Shown: positions 21,443-32,146 of the stretch, piece by piece | How positions within the stretch are numbered: position 1 is the first letter of the stretch | Layout of the letters: the number at the start of each line of letters is the position of its first letter | DNA from: Marsupella aquatica | Taxonomy: Eukaryota; Plantae; Marchantiophyta | DNA: 64,000 bases | Direction of reading: 5' to 3' | Assembly: GCA_973895155.1 (NCBI GenBank) | Contig: OZ316894.1 | Location: 7,278,234 to 7,342,233 of the forward strand | Position numbers and translations under genes: made by a program | Notes under the pieces: generated by a model | Databases searched by the model: none | What the model was told of the DNA's origin: nothing | What the model saw: the letters and a program-made list of their open reading frames with translations, nothing else

Positions 21443-24196
21443 CTAATTGAAATTCATTTCAGACTCAGTCTCCCTCAACTCTCTCCTATGTCTCTTGTGG
21501 TTAGGGGAACAAGTAGGAAATTGCACAACCCTAAGGCCATCTCTACTTCGAATCTTAGCAAAGTGAGTCCCATCATCCAAAACCTTGGTCTCCATCCTCA
21601 TCTCAGTGATGAATGGCTGCCCTAAAATGACGCAATAAGGAAGGTTAATATGAACAAAAATATTCATGGGCTCAACAATGTTGCCAATCCTAGTTGTTAC
21701 CCTAGGGCAAGCACCCCACAAGGCATTCTGATCCCTGTTAATGCCATTCACACCCCACTCAATATCTCGATCAACAAAGAATTTTCCTTCCTCATAAACC
21801 CTCATAGACATCAAGTTAACCTCAGACCCTGAGTCAATCAAAGCTCTCAAGGTTCCCTCAACTCCTCTCACCTCAATCTCTACCTCAGTACAAGCTCTTG
21901 CCCAAAAGGATTCCATGAAGGACTTCCCTCCCCACCCTAAGGACTTGTTGACAATACTGAAGGTAGCATCATACACCCTAGTCCAATTGTAAGCACTATC
22001 ACTCATAGGTTCAAAGTTCCTACTAATTGTAGGAAGCTCCTCATACTCATCTTTTACTGGACAACTGTTTTTTTTACATTTTCTGGCAGAAACTATCCAA
22101 GCTTTTTCAGAACTTGAGAGGGGAGGCTCAATATTAGGAAAATAACCATGAGTGGTTTCGACTTTGGTCTCTCTACCTTCAACTTTCAACTCATCCTTCT
22201 CACTCTCCCTCACCCTTTTAAGCCAATCTTTCTCTGCACAAGACAGGTTAGGAGCAACCTCACAAGGATCCAAGTCACTCAAGTCCCTCTTTTTGCTAGT
22301 ACATGGCATTGGCATTGTCTCCTCATCATTTTCAAGAAATTTCATCCAATTACCATCCTCATCACTTTCACTTTCAGCTGATCCCTCCATGCTCTTGACT
22401 TTCAAACCCCTGCTATTGACTCCCAACTCATGGACTCGAGTAGGCAAAGTCCCTACCTCCCACACATTAGCATGGTAGGGAGACTTATCACTAGTCTCCT
22501 GGTCTTGATCCTTAACCTCACTTGACAAGGAAACAGGCCCTTCCTTGTACACTCTTTTCTTCCTAGCCTTGGCTAGGATAGCCTCTTGAATCTCTTTTCT
22601 CATCACTCCAAAGAGCTCCTCATTAGTGAACCCTCGTGCCTCCTGTTTCCAGAACTTATGGGCAATGATATCAGGTTCAATTTCTCTCTCAACTTCTCTC
22701 CCTAGAACCCAACCTGGACTCTTCGAGGTTACCTTAGCATCCTCATCCTTCAATTGGGGAGGGGGCAAACTCTCCTTCTCAATTGGCAAAGGTACATCTT
22801 CTGTAAACTGAACTTTCTTTTTGCCCTTTTCAGCAGCACTAAGCCTAGGGCTCTCTCGCCTCCTCTCTCCAACTTTTGCTTCCCAAGAAGCACCAACCTC
22901 AATAGCATAAGGTGAGATCAAGACAGGGTCATCCCAACCAGTTTTCTGACGAATGAAAGTAGCTAGTCTCTTTTTCTCAGCTTCACTAGGACCAGTAGAA
23001 GATGAAGGTTCAAGACCCAAGGTGTAAACCTCAGGCTCAAATGCAAGAGATACCATTTTTACCTCAGCTTCAGTCAAACGTTTCTCAACCAAGGCTTTCA
23101 TCCCTCCCTTTCTATTGTTGAAAGGAATCTCCTCTCCTGACTCAAAATAGGCAAGTTTCCTCATGCCTGGCTCACCCACATACTTAACCTTATGACTCTT
23201 AATGGCTTCGGGAAGATCTGGACATTCCCTCTTTTGATGCTCCTTTGAGTCACACCACATACATGACCAATTTGTAGCTCGACTTGGACCTGCCCTATCA
23301 CCTTCTCGTGGTCCTGATTTTGGACCAGACACTTGTTTAGACAACAAGTTTAGACTCTCAAGGATCTTGGCCAAGTCAGATGGCTCTAGCCCCTTCTCAT
23401 CTTTGGAAGGCTCTTCCTTTGCTTTCCCCTTACCTGCCTTAGATGGAGCAGCTGTTGGCTTTGCAACAGCCTCATCATCCAAGGCTCTATCTCTTCGCCT
23501 CTCAGAAATGATCTCAACAGCTTCTTCCACATGACTCCAATCTACCTTAGACCTTCTACGAGGGTTAACAATGTCAATTGCATACTCAAGTTCATCCCTA
23601 AGCCTCTTATCAGCTGAACGCAAAAATAGGGACACCTTTTGCAGGGAAAGGAATTCAAGGTCAGTAGAAGGCAATTGTCCAAGTTTTCTCTTGAATTCCA
23701 AGAAAAGCTCCTCTGGCCCCAACCCCTTGTTCCTCTCACGAATCCAGTCCAAAAAGGTACCCTCAGTCATCCTCTCAGAATCAGACATCAAAAATCGATG
23801 CTTCATCTTCTTAACAAACTCTTCCCACTCATTCTCCTCTTCAAGGCCAAACCCTAGCCTTGAAACCACATCCTTCAACTCAGGCTCAACAAGAGTTGAA
23901 AACTCCAAAACAGCAGTAGCTTGGTCAATTTTAAAAACCTCAACTTGTCTCCAATATACTCTCAAATACCTGGTTACATCTTTGCCCTTGAACTCTCCTT
24001 CACTAGAAAGGACAGCTTGTAGACACTTAGTAACCCTATCCTCTAGAACCTTTTCATTCTTTTCCCTTCTACCAACATCCTCTCTTCTACTCTCATCCCT
24101 TCTCAAAGCTGATTGAATAGCTATGAAAAGATCAGAAAGCTCCTGAACACTCCTCATATTAACTGACCCACTAGTGGGCTCCTCTTCATTTGCCAT
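21443..24196 (-). CDS. Gag-protease of element B (zinc knuckle, DUF4100-like region, aspartic protease)
   Basis: CMWCDSKEHQKREC; ALIDSGSEVNLMS...ILGQPF. Confidence 0.88.
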   Translation of the reverse strand: MANEEEPTSGSVNMRSVQELSDLFIAIQSALRRDESRREDVGRREKNEKVLEDRVTKCLQAVLSSEGEFKGKDVTRYLRVYWRQVEVFKIDQATAVLEFSTLVEPELKDVVSRLGFGLEEENEWEEFVKKMKHRFLMSDSERMTEGTFLDWIRERNKGLGPEELFLEFKRKLGQLPSTDLEFLSLQKVSLFLRSADKRLRDELEYAIDIVNPRRRSKVDWSHVEEAVEIISERRRDRALDDEAVAKPTAAPSKAGKGKAKEEPSKDEKGLEPSDLAKILESLNLLSKQVSGPKSGPREGDRAGPSRATNWSCMWCDSKEHQKRECPDLPEAIKSHKVKYVGEPGMRKLAYFESGEEIPFNNRKGGMKALVEKRLTEAEVKMVSLAFEPEVYTLGLEPSSSTGPSEAEKKRLATFIRQKTGWDDPVLISPYAIEVGASWEAKVGERRRESPRLSAAEKGKKKVQFTEDVPLPIEKESLPPPQLKDEDAKVTSKSPGWVLGREVEREIEPDIIAHKFWKQEARGFTNEELFGVMRKEIQEAILAKARKKRVYKEGPVSLSSEVKDQDQETSDKSPYHANVWEVGTLPTRVHELGVNSRGLKVKSMEGSAESESDEDGNWMKFLENDEETMPMPCTSKKRDLSDLDPCEVAPNLSCAEKDWLKRVRESEKDELKVEGRETKVETTHGYFPNIEPPLSSSEKAWIVSARKCKKNSCPVKDEYEELPTISRNFEPMSDSAYNWTRVYDATFSIVNKSLGWGGKSFMESFWARACTEVEIEVRGVEGTLRALIDSGSEVNLMSMRVYEEGKFFVDRDIEWGVNGINRDQNALWGACPRVTTRIGNIVEPMNIFVHINLPYCVILGQPFITEMRMETKVLDDGTHFAKIRSRDGLRVVQFPTCSPNHKRHRRELRETESEMNFN

Positions 24197-24877
24197 TGTA
24201 GCTCCTGCCTAGTCTCTTGATAGCTATACGAGTTATGGAAGACCTAACAACTCACGGGCTGAATCCTCTTCCTATAACCTCCCTATGCCACCCTTTTGAC
24301 TGGTCAAACACCCCACAACAGCCAAGGACCCTTCCCAATAGCAAATTATTCATATATCTTCATCATCATAACTTCCAAGCAACAACACAAGGCTTGTAAT
24401 GATCGACAAGCATTGAAACAAGGAACACCTCATCCAAGGCAAGAGTAAGAGCTCTTACCTGATTTTGAATCACTCTTATCAAGAACACAACATAAACATC
24501 ACTTTCTCCATGCTCTAGGGTATCAAACTCAGGTTTCATCAACAATCATCAATCAGAATTTGAAATAACAACAACTAGGGCAAAAGTAAGACCTCCTACC
24601 TGGTTTTGGCCTCCATTTTGTCCCACTTTCGAACCTGCATCTCCTCATGGGTATCTCAAACAAGAATCCATCAAACAAAGAGCATTTTTGCATACACTCA
24701 ATGGACAAGTTACTCCTTAATATGCTCAATCTTAGCTCAAATTACTCCAAGTACCACAATAATGCTGGAACATGCAACCCAAAGGGAGGGCAAGTCCAAC
24801 TGCATACTTGAAAGCCATCGGCCAAACTTCACAATCAAGGAGTAATACATACAACCTCTTCTTTCATACCAAAATAT

Positions 24878-25680
24878 CTAGTTCAAGCTTCCCAATGGAA
24901 TGCCCACAAGCCCAAGTCCAACGTTTGATTGATCACCATCCCTTTTCCAGCACTTGATTGCTCACAATCCGTTGCTACCAATGAAGGCGCACAAGTTCAG
25001 GTTTACATTCGTTTCTGGTCAAGTTCAGGGTCACCCTCGTTTGTTGTCAAGGCAAGTGGAACACCCAACGGCAAGCAAGGCAAATCTATTCATAGTTCAA
25101 TCATTCCAACTTCTGAATCTTAATAAAAGTGCATACAAGCAACCAGATCCCACATTAGGGTTAGCAACTTGTTAGCATAATGGTTAGTAGAATTCACAAT
25201 ATAGCTACTATCTCAAGCCTCAAGACCTATTATCCCCAGTATGGTCGCCAACTTGTCCTGAGGATAAGCAAAGAGGTGGGAAAGGGCCTCAAGGGACACG
25301 CAGGGTGTATGGCTGCTTGAGATAGGAAACGGTTGCAAACAAGACAAAGTATTTACCCTAACCTTTCATCTACATCATCACAAGCAAGCAAGCATGCTTT
25401 CGAAACTCAAGCCATTTACATACTCATATCCAATCACAATCAAAATAACTAGTTCAAGCTTCCCAATGTAATCCTCACAAGTCTAAGCCCAACATTTAAT
25501 TGGTCACCATTCCTTTTCCAACACTTGATTGCACACAATCCCTTGCAACCCTCTAAGGTACACAAGTTCAAGCTTACATCAATGTGGTCAAGTTAAGGGT
25601 CACTCTTGGTTGTGGCTAAGACAAGTGGGACATCCAAAGGTATGCAAGGCATCTGTATGCACCATTCAAACATCCAACTG
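24878..25680. repeat. Diverged ~235-bp direct repeat on either side of the PBS (24878-25112 and 25449-25680)
   Basis: Shared collinear blocks ctagttcaagcttcccaatg, cacttgattgc, cacaagttca, ggtcaagtt-agggtcac, gcaaggca. Confidence 0.85.
25233..25250 (-). other. Primer binding site of element B (probably tRNA-Arg type)
   Basis: TGGCGACCATACTGGGGA, 3 nt after the LTR-terminal ...GGACA. Confidence 0.7.
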
Positions 25681-27438
25681 TTGAAACATGGAAAACTACT
25701 TTCGAAAAGTGACCTAGGGTTGGTCAACAAACTCCTTAACAAACATGGAATTGACCTTAGTCCCTTCCTCTAGTAGAACCACCAAGTACAATCCACAAAC
25801 AACCCATTCCATCAATCGAAAATGCCTTCACTCTTTACTCTTGCAACTTCCCTCATGCATAATAACTACTTTCAAAAGTACCTTCATCCAACCCATCTAC
25901 TTTCAAAAACACCTTCAAGCTCACAACAACATTCGAAAATGGCATGAAGACATTCATTCTAACCATTCCATCACTCATAGCCAAAGCAAGGCATCAACAC
26001 ACATCTCAAAAACGAGGATACCTCTCCTCTAAATGCATAGCAAGAAGGCACATGTAGCATCATGGCCTCCAAGTAAAAACATGGGTCACAAGCAAGACCC
26101 TCCTAGCAAAAATGAATCATCACCAAGTCTAATCATCAACCAAGCATTCAAAATCCCTCCATAGCCTATCCAAGCTTCAAAACCCTAGTCTCCTTCTCTC
26201 ATACTTCTATCAACCAAATCTACTTTCGAAGCTTCAAGTCAAGGAGTTTACAAGAGAGTAGGCCTTCTTAGTGAGCCATCTCTAATGCAAGACTCCCAAA
26301 CTTCAACAAGATTAGGTCTCATCTCCTCTAAGCTTTCGAAAATCTCCTACAAGTCCATTCTCCTCAAAACTTGAAGCAACAAACCTACATTCGAGTATGC
26401 CTTCTTGTGGGCAATCTCTCATGCAAGCTCCTTATACTTCCTACTCACATCCTACCTCCTTCCTAAGGCTTCGAGTCAGCCTCTCCTACATTCGAAACCT
26501 CTCTCCAAATCCCTAGAAAAACCGTCACAAAACTCAATCTCTTCACATTCAAAGCTTCTACTCCATCTATCTCTTCACAAAATTGCCTCTACATCTCCTA
26601 CCCTCAAAATCCTAAGGCCATGGCGAAGGAGGAGGGCTCCCCCTTCACTCATGCCTCATGCTCGAGCTCCCCTCAAGAGGTTCGCTCCTACAACTAAAAA
26701 TGGGACTTAACACTCCAAAATGGGAAAAACGGCAGCACTTCAGCAGCATCTAACCTCCGAACCCTTGGCCACTCGAACTTCCTCCTTTAGTGCCCACGTG
26801 GGAAGGCCCAGGGCACCCACAAGCCCCTCCACTTATGGTTTTAATCCTTGTTGAATCACAGCCCTCAATCTCACACCAATTAGATCAAACGGCCAAAAAT
26901 GAGCCAAAAAAACCCCTCCTTAGTAACTTGTAAACCAAATGAGCTTCGACCTTTTTGAAAAAGCCACGACCTCCACCAAGCCCTAACTCACATCTCCACC
27001 TTCAATCCAAACCATCTATTAACCAAAACCAAGATCCACTGTTGAAGTAGATACATTGAATCTGGTCCATTTAACACAAAAATCTGAATCTGGTCCAAAT
27101 CTCACAAAACTGATGCACTTGGACCAAACCCTCTTACATGCCTTGAACCTGGTCACCTCCTCCATGTATTCAATGAACCTGGTCACCATGTTGCCAAAAC
27201 CCTAAATACCTTGCTTGTTGAGCAAGCAACCTCCATTCCGCCAATCCGCCAAATGATAACTTAATCGCTGGTCACAGATGAAAAACATACCCCACAATAG
27301 TAACAAGGGTGGGTAGGCTCGACCTCATCCCTACCTTGACCCTCATAACTCTACTTCCTCCTTCACCTTGGTCAAGTTAGCTCAAGTCAAGTCAACTTGC
27401 CCAAGTTAGAAGCAAAATAGGTTTCAACTTCCTTCACA
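25254..27438 (-). repeat. 5' LTR of element B (about 2.2 kb)
   Basis: TGT...ACA ends, next to the PBS; tgaa(t/c)ctggtc repeats at 27057-27187; no partner LTR to confirm the boundary. Confidence 0.65.
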
Positions 27439-28315
27439 AAACATGAGGATTCCTCCCTTGAGCTCCCCACTGTCGTAGGTTCTGTTGGAGGGGGAGGATG
27501 TCAATTTCCTCCCTAGCCTTCCGCTTCTCCTCTGCCAAGCTGATTTCATGGTCCCATTGTCTCTTTTTTTGCCAGGCTCGGATTGCTAATTCCTCCTCAA
27601 GCCAAGCTGCCCACTCATCTGGGGAGAGCACATCTGGACAGCCTTGCTCCCTGACCACCTCTGAATCAATTGGAAAATCAGCAAGGTACTTCCTGAACTT
27701 CTCTCTCTGATGATTTTGCATGTCTCAAAGTGAAGCTGATATCCTCTTATTCAAGAACCTGTCATCAAGGGAGGCCCCATTCCTGAATCGCTCCTTCACT
27801 TGCTCTCGAATTCGACCTTTCACCTCCTCAGTCTTCCTTCCCCAGTAATCTAATGGCCCCAAATTGGCCTTCACCACTTGCTTGAACTGGCTGCGGAAGA
27901 GATTGTATCCTCTCGGCATTGGGGAGCCACCTGAGTTTAGGGCTAGCTCAGGCCTCAGAGCTCTCTTGGCTTCCTTTCGCTTTAACTCCTCCACTCTCTT
28001 CTTCTCAGCCTCCTTAGCTGCCTTGCGAAGCTTCCTCTCTCTTTTTCGGGGAGAGAGGGATTCCTCACCATCTTCCCTGCCTCTCTTTGCCTCCTTTTGC
28101 TTCTTCTTTGCAGCTTTCTCTGCAGCAATGGTTGCAGCCGCAACTTTCTTTGCCTCAATCCTGGATCCATCAATCAAGGTCTGAAGAAGTGGCACAACTC
28201 TCTCTGCATCCTCAGCACTTAGCCTTGCCCTACTCATAAAAATCTCCCTCATAATCTCATCATAGGGCCGAGAGGGTCCAGCCCCGTCCCCACCACCTGA
28301 TCCTCCTCCCGCCAT
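27439..28315 (-). pseudogene. 5' part of the CACTA TnpA-like gene
   Basis: ORFs 27725-28315 and 27434-27721 share a frame across one TGA (likely CGA>TGA); ends GRNPHV at the LTR junction. Confidence 0.6.
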
Positions 28316-28389
28316 GTCTCTCTCCTAGCTTGCCCACCGACGTCTACCTGAGCCTCCCGGCCTCGCAAACCACGGAATGCGAAACTTGG

Positions 28390-28600
28390 CCCGATGCCCG
28401 GATCTTTGCATCCGCATCGGGACTTATTTTTTGAAAACAGGTCTGTTGTTTCTGATACTTTATGAAACGCAATGTCCGAAGCCAAAAGAATCGGACCTAC
28501 AATCGGACCTTCCGATGCATTTTGCTTCGGACCCCTCCTTGCTTTTCTTTCTCCTGCTTTTACGATGCTGCTTCCGTTTATTTTAGTATCGGACCCCTCG
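28390..28600. repeat. CCGATGC/ATCGGA motif cluster upstream of the TnpA-like gene
   Basis: Same motif as 1-440 and 1860-2010. Confidence 0.6.
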
Positions 28601-28918
28601 ATCAGCTATAACAGATTCCATGTTTTGGTCCCATAGGAGGTCAAATCTATTTACTTTGGGTTTACTTTGGGTGTTTGGGTTTGTATGTGGAGCATGGAAT
28701 TAAGTAATTGGGTGGGGTAATAGAAGGGAGGGTTGTAGTCACTTTTTTGTGGTCGTTTTGAATATATCCGGCTTTTTTAGTAACACCGTGAACGGGATGG
28801 CATATTGTGTATATGTTACCCGGCCTCTTGCAAGTTCCTTCTTCGCAACTACAATTTTGGGGTTAGTTCATGACTTTGTATTTCCTAAGATAACTAAAAT
28901 ATGGTTGTGATTGCATGC

Positions 28919-31446
28919 TTAATATGGTTTCTTCAGCCGCTCTGTTTGGTTGTCGGCCCGCCGCTGTAGGTTCTCCATCTTTCTCATGATTTCCTCCAAC
29001 TCCTCCTGGGTCTCATCCAGGTCCTTACGTGCCTCCTCCAGCTCGTTTTTGGCTTCCTCCAATTCCCTGTGGGCTTCCTCCAATTCCTTCTTGGTGGTAG
29101 CCCTCTCCTCCTGGGTTGCTCTTAGCTCCTTGTCGAGCTCCGCTACGACCTCAGACTCCATGTTATTCATCTTGGCATAAGTCTGGTCGAGCTAGGCGTC
29201 CTTCTCCTGCAGGTCGGCCTTGAAGCTGGCCGTCAGGGACGCAAGCTCCTATTGTAGCGCAATAATCCCTTGATAGGATTTCCCTAACTCGGCCTCCTTC
29301 TGCTCAAGGGCTCTGCGGATGACCTCGAGCTCTCCCTTCAGCGCCCTCTCCCTTCTCTGAGTCTCCGCCGTGACCCGGTTGTGAACTGCTATATGGGCCT
29401 CCTCTGCGTCTCTCAGCTCCTTCGTCCATTTCTCCCTATCCTTGATTGCGTCGGCCAATTCTCCCTGGGTCTGAGTCAGTTTATCCTTGATAATCTGATT
29501 ATCAGCCTGCGTGGTGTCCAACTGCCCCTGCATGATGTTCAGCTCATGCCGCTTAATCCGCAGTTCATCTTGGGCTTTCTTGGCCGCCCTTAGATCTTCA
29601 ATCTCGGCTTCCATCCTCCTAAGCCGCCGGATGACCTCGTCCTTCTTGCTTCTCTCTAAAGCCACCGCTTCTTCTAATTGGTGCTTCTCCAACTGCTCCC
29701 TATGGAAAAAGGGTCCTACCTCCAACTCCTCCCCAAAGATGCCGAGCGCAAGTTCCCCACACATCTCACCATACTCCATGGCTCTATTCTTAGCGTAGGT
29801 GGAATAAGTAGAAGTGATTGGCATCGCCCATCGCGGCCTCTGCTCCCAAGCCATCTTGCGGATCTCTTCAATCGTGGCTAGAGGTTTGCTTCCTTTTTTG
29901 GCTAGCCGCCTGATGTCCTCCGACCAATCTCCTCCTGGAAAATCCTTTTCCCTAGCCAGGGCTGCCTCCTCTTCCTGCCTGATCCGCTCCTGAAATTCTT
30001 GCGCCGTCTGTTTTATGCCGTCAAAGCTCGGGGGAGCAACATCTGGTGGGGGAGACTCAAGGCTACTCTGCTGGTTGGGGTCCCCTCGTACTACCCTTGG
30101 AAGTGTGGGGATAAACCGGCCACAGGTCCTTACTCCTGGGACGTGATGGTCCGACCCATAGCCGGAGTTATCATGGCTGCAGTCCTCCACTGCCTCCTCT
30201 ACTTCTTGGACTTCCGGCTTCTCCCTCTCTTCTTTGTCGGTAGGAGCTTCAGGCAATTCTGCCTCAGATTCAGAGCTTGAGACTCCCACGTACATTCGAA
30301 CACCCGGCTTGGATTCTGGCCTGATTCTCTCCTTATTTTTGGTAAAGGAGTTTTCCCTTCTAAGTCTGCTTAGGTTGACCTCTGGGGCAGTGTCCTATAT
30401 TGGTGCCGCTGCCGAGCCGGTGCCGGTGCTGTCTTTTCCTTCTCCAGCATTTTCAGCAGATTCTGCATGCTTGGTTGCTGCATTGGCAAGTCTTTCTTCC
30501 TTGGCCTAAACACCTGCTCAATCGTAGGGCTAACAGGTGGTTGAGGCTTCTCTGCTACCGACCTCGGTGCTGGAGCTTCCTTGGGTACCCTTACCTGCAG
30601 GGGAAGTACTGGGGCAAAGGTCTGACCTCTGGCATACCGGCACAACAGCGGCATGTGATAGCCAAGCCGCGACATGCTCCCCATGCCGATTACCTGCTGC
30701 TCCTCCTTTAAGATTTTCTTCAATTGGTTGAGGAGGTACCCGTTGTAGTCCCGGCTTGGGTCTGGCCTCTCTGCCAGATAGACCTGTGCCTTGCCGATCT
30801 CTGCCCTCGGCAAGTTACAATGCATGGTCACCCGCAAGAAGTCGATCATCTCTCCTATGTGCGGGTTGGTGCAGGTGTTCCGGAAGAAGCCATTCTTCGT
30901 TGATGGCCCGGGGAACGACCGGAACTCTTTGTCATGCAAGGTCTTCCTGGTATCAACCTTGGTCTTATGGCCTATCGGCAAGCCAAACACTTCGGCAATC
31001 ACCTTGGGAGTAAGATAGAAATCCTTCCCATATATCCTCGTGCAATTGGTCTCGGGTTCCCATGACCCCACAAATTCTAATAGGTCTGAATCCGGCACCT
31101 CCGGCTTCAGCCATGGTAATCTTACAAAGGCCTCTAAGCCGGATCCGGCCATGAAGCCTTGGTACTTCTTGGTCTGCATGGCCGTAAAGCATGCATCCTC
31201 CTCCCGTGCAAAATGTAGTTGCACCTCCGCTGGTAGGGTTGCCACCCAGCCTTTCCAGGTGTCATCCCTGGTTGGAATGGCATTAATGGGATCGACCTCC
31301 TCCTCTTCGGCTTCTCCCTGCCTCCTGCTCTGCTGCTCGGCTGGCTTCTTTGGTGCCGCCGACCTTGTTCTTTTTGCCGGGGTGGCTTCATCGTTGACGG
31401 CTCCCTTCCTCTTCATCTCTGCTGCCGTGGAGGTTTCTCCTAGCAC
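28919..31446 (-). pseudogene. Retroelement accessory protein (plant transposon/PMD-like N-terminal domain plus long coiled coil) with one frameshift and two stops
   Basis: GLEAFVRLPW...LLEFV...IYGKDFYLTPKVIAEVFGLP; 29249-30295 and 28919-29170 are in frame across two TAGs. Confidence 0.65.
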
Positions 31447-31452
31447 CGTTGC

Positions 31453-32031
31453 CTAGGTCCACCTTTCCGTGCTACCCTTCAATTCCCAGTGTATGTCGTT
31501 GTAGTTCTTGATGACCTCTCGAATGCCGATGATTCTGTCTTCGCAAAACAGAAGATCGTCGAGCTGATTGGAAGTAGGAGTCCACAAGAACTCGGCCTTG
31601 ATGAGTTCGCCTCCTAAGAAAGCCGTCTTCTGCAGCTCCCACAATCGAGCAAGCTCCTGTCGTTCTCGAGCTGCCCTTTCTGATTCTTTGTCCTCGTAAG
31701 TCTTGATGTACTCAGTTGCCCGTTCGAACAGGCATCCCCAGAAATGTGCCGCTTGATTGACGTTGCTCATACCCTCCTTAGGTCGATCGTCGGTATCTAC
31801 TCTCTCCTCGAGTGCTTGCCTAAGCAGCTGACAGTAGTTGGCCTCCCGTAGTCGTCTGCCTAGTTCGTGCTCGCAAATGAGCCACCATCTCCTGCAAGCG
31901 CTCCTTACACCTCTCCTCTTCCGGTCCTTCCTCCCGTTGATCCTTCCTAGCCGCCGATGCTTAGCGCGCCCTAACCCTAATCGAGTTTTCACCCCCAGCA
32001 TCCTTACCTCCGGCCTCGGCCTGGGTTCCAT
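31453..32031 (-). CDS. Hypothetical 192-aa protein, Arg-rich N-terminus, immediately upstream of the accessory ORF
   Basis: ATG-started ORF about 115 nt inside segment C; stop lies just before the next ORF. Confidence 0.45.
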   Translation of the reverse strand: MEPRPRPEVRMLGVKTRLGLGRAKHRRLGRINGRKDRKRRGVRSACRRWWLICEHELGRRLREANYCQLLRQALEERVDTDDRPKEGMSNVNQAAHFWGCLFERATEYIKTYEDKESERAARERQELARLWELQKTAFLGGELIKAEFLWTPTSNQLDDLLFCEDRIIGIREVIKNYNDIHWELKGSTERWT

Positions 32032-32146
32032 AGTCGCCCCTAATTGTTTATATTTTCCTTGTTTTGTCCCTATACTAAGGTGTTTCTAGGGTGCACTTCT
32101 GCTTTACCCACTTAACTGGCCGAGTGATTCCTGGCTAGGCATCACA

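Larger units (their letters stand above)
18125..27438 (-). mobile_element. Ty3/Gypsy element B, main body (fungal-like lineage), degenerate
   Basis: 5' LTR, PBS, gag-protease ORF and pol ORF; interrupted by element A; right LTR boundary is tentative. Confidence 0.88.
28814..32146 (-). mobile_element. LTR-like segment C carrying accessory ORFs; left end uncertain
   Basis: Starts TGTGATG exactly where the Sola-like transposase is cut (32146); no matching TSD found. Confidence 0.5.
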
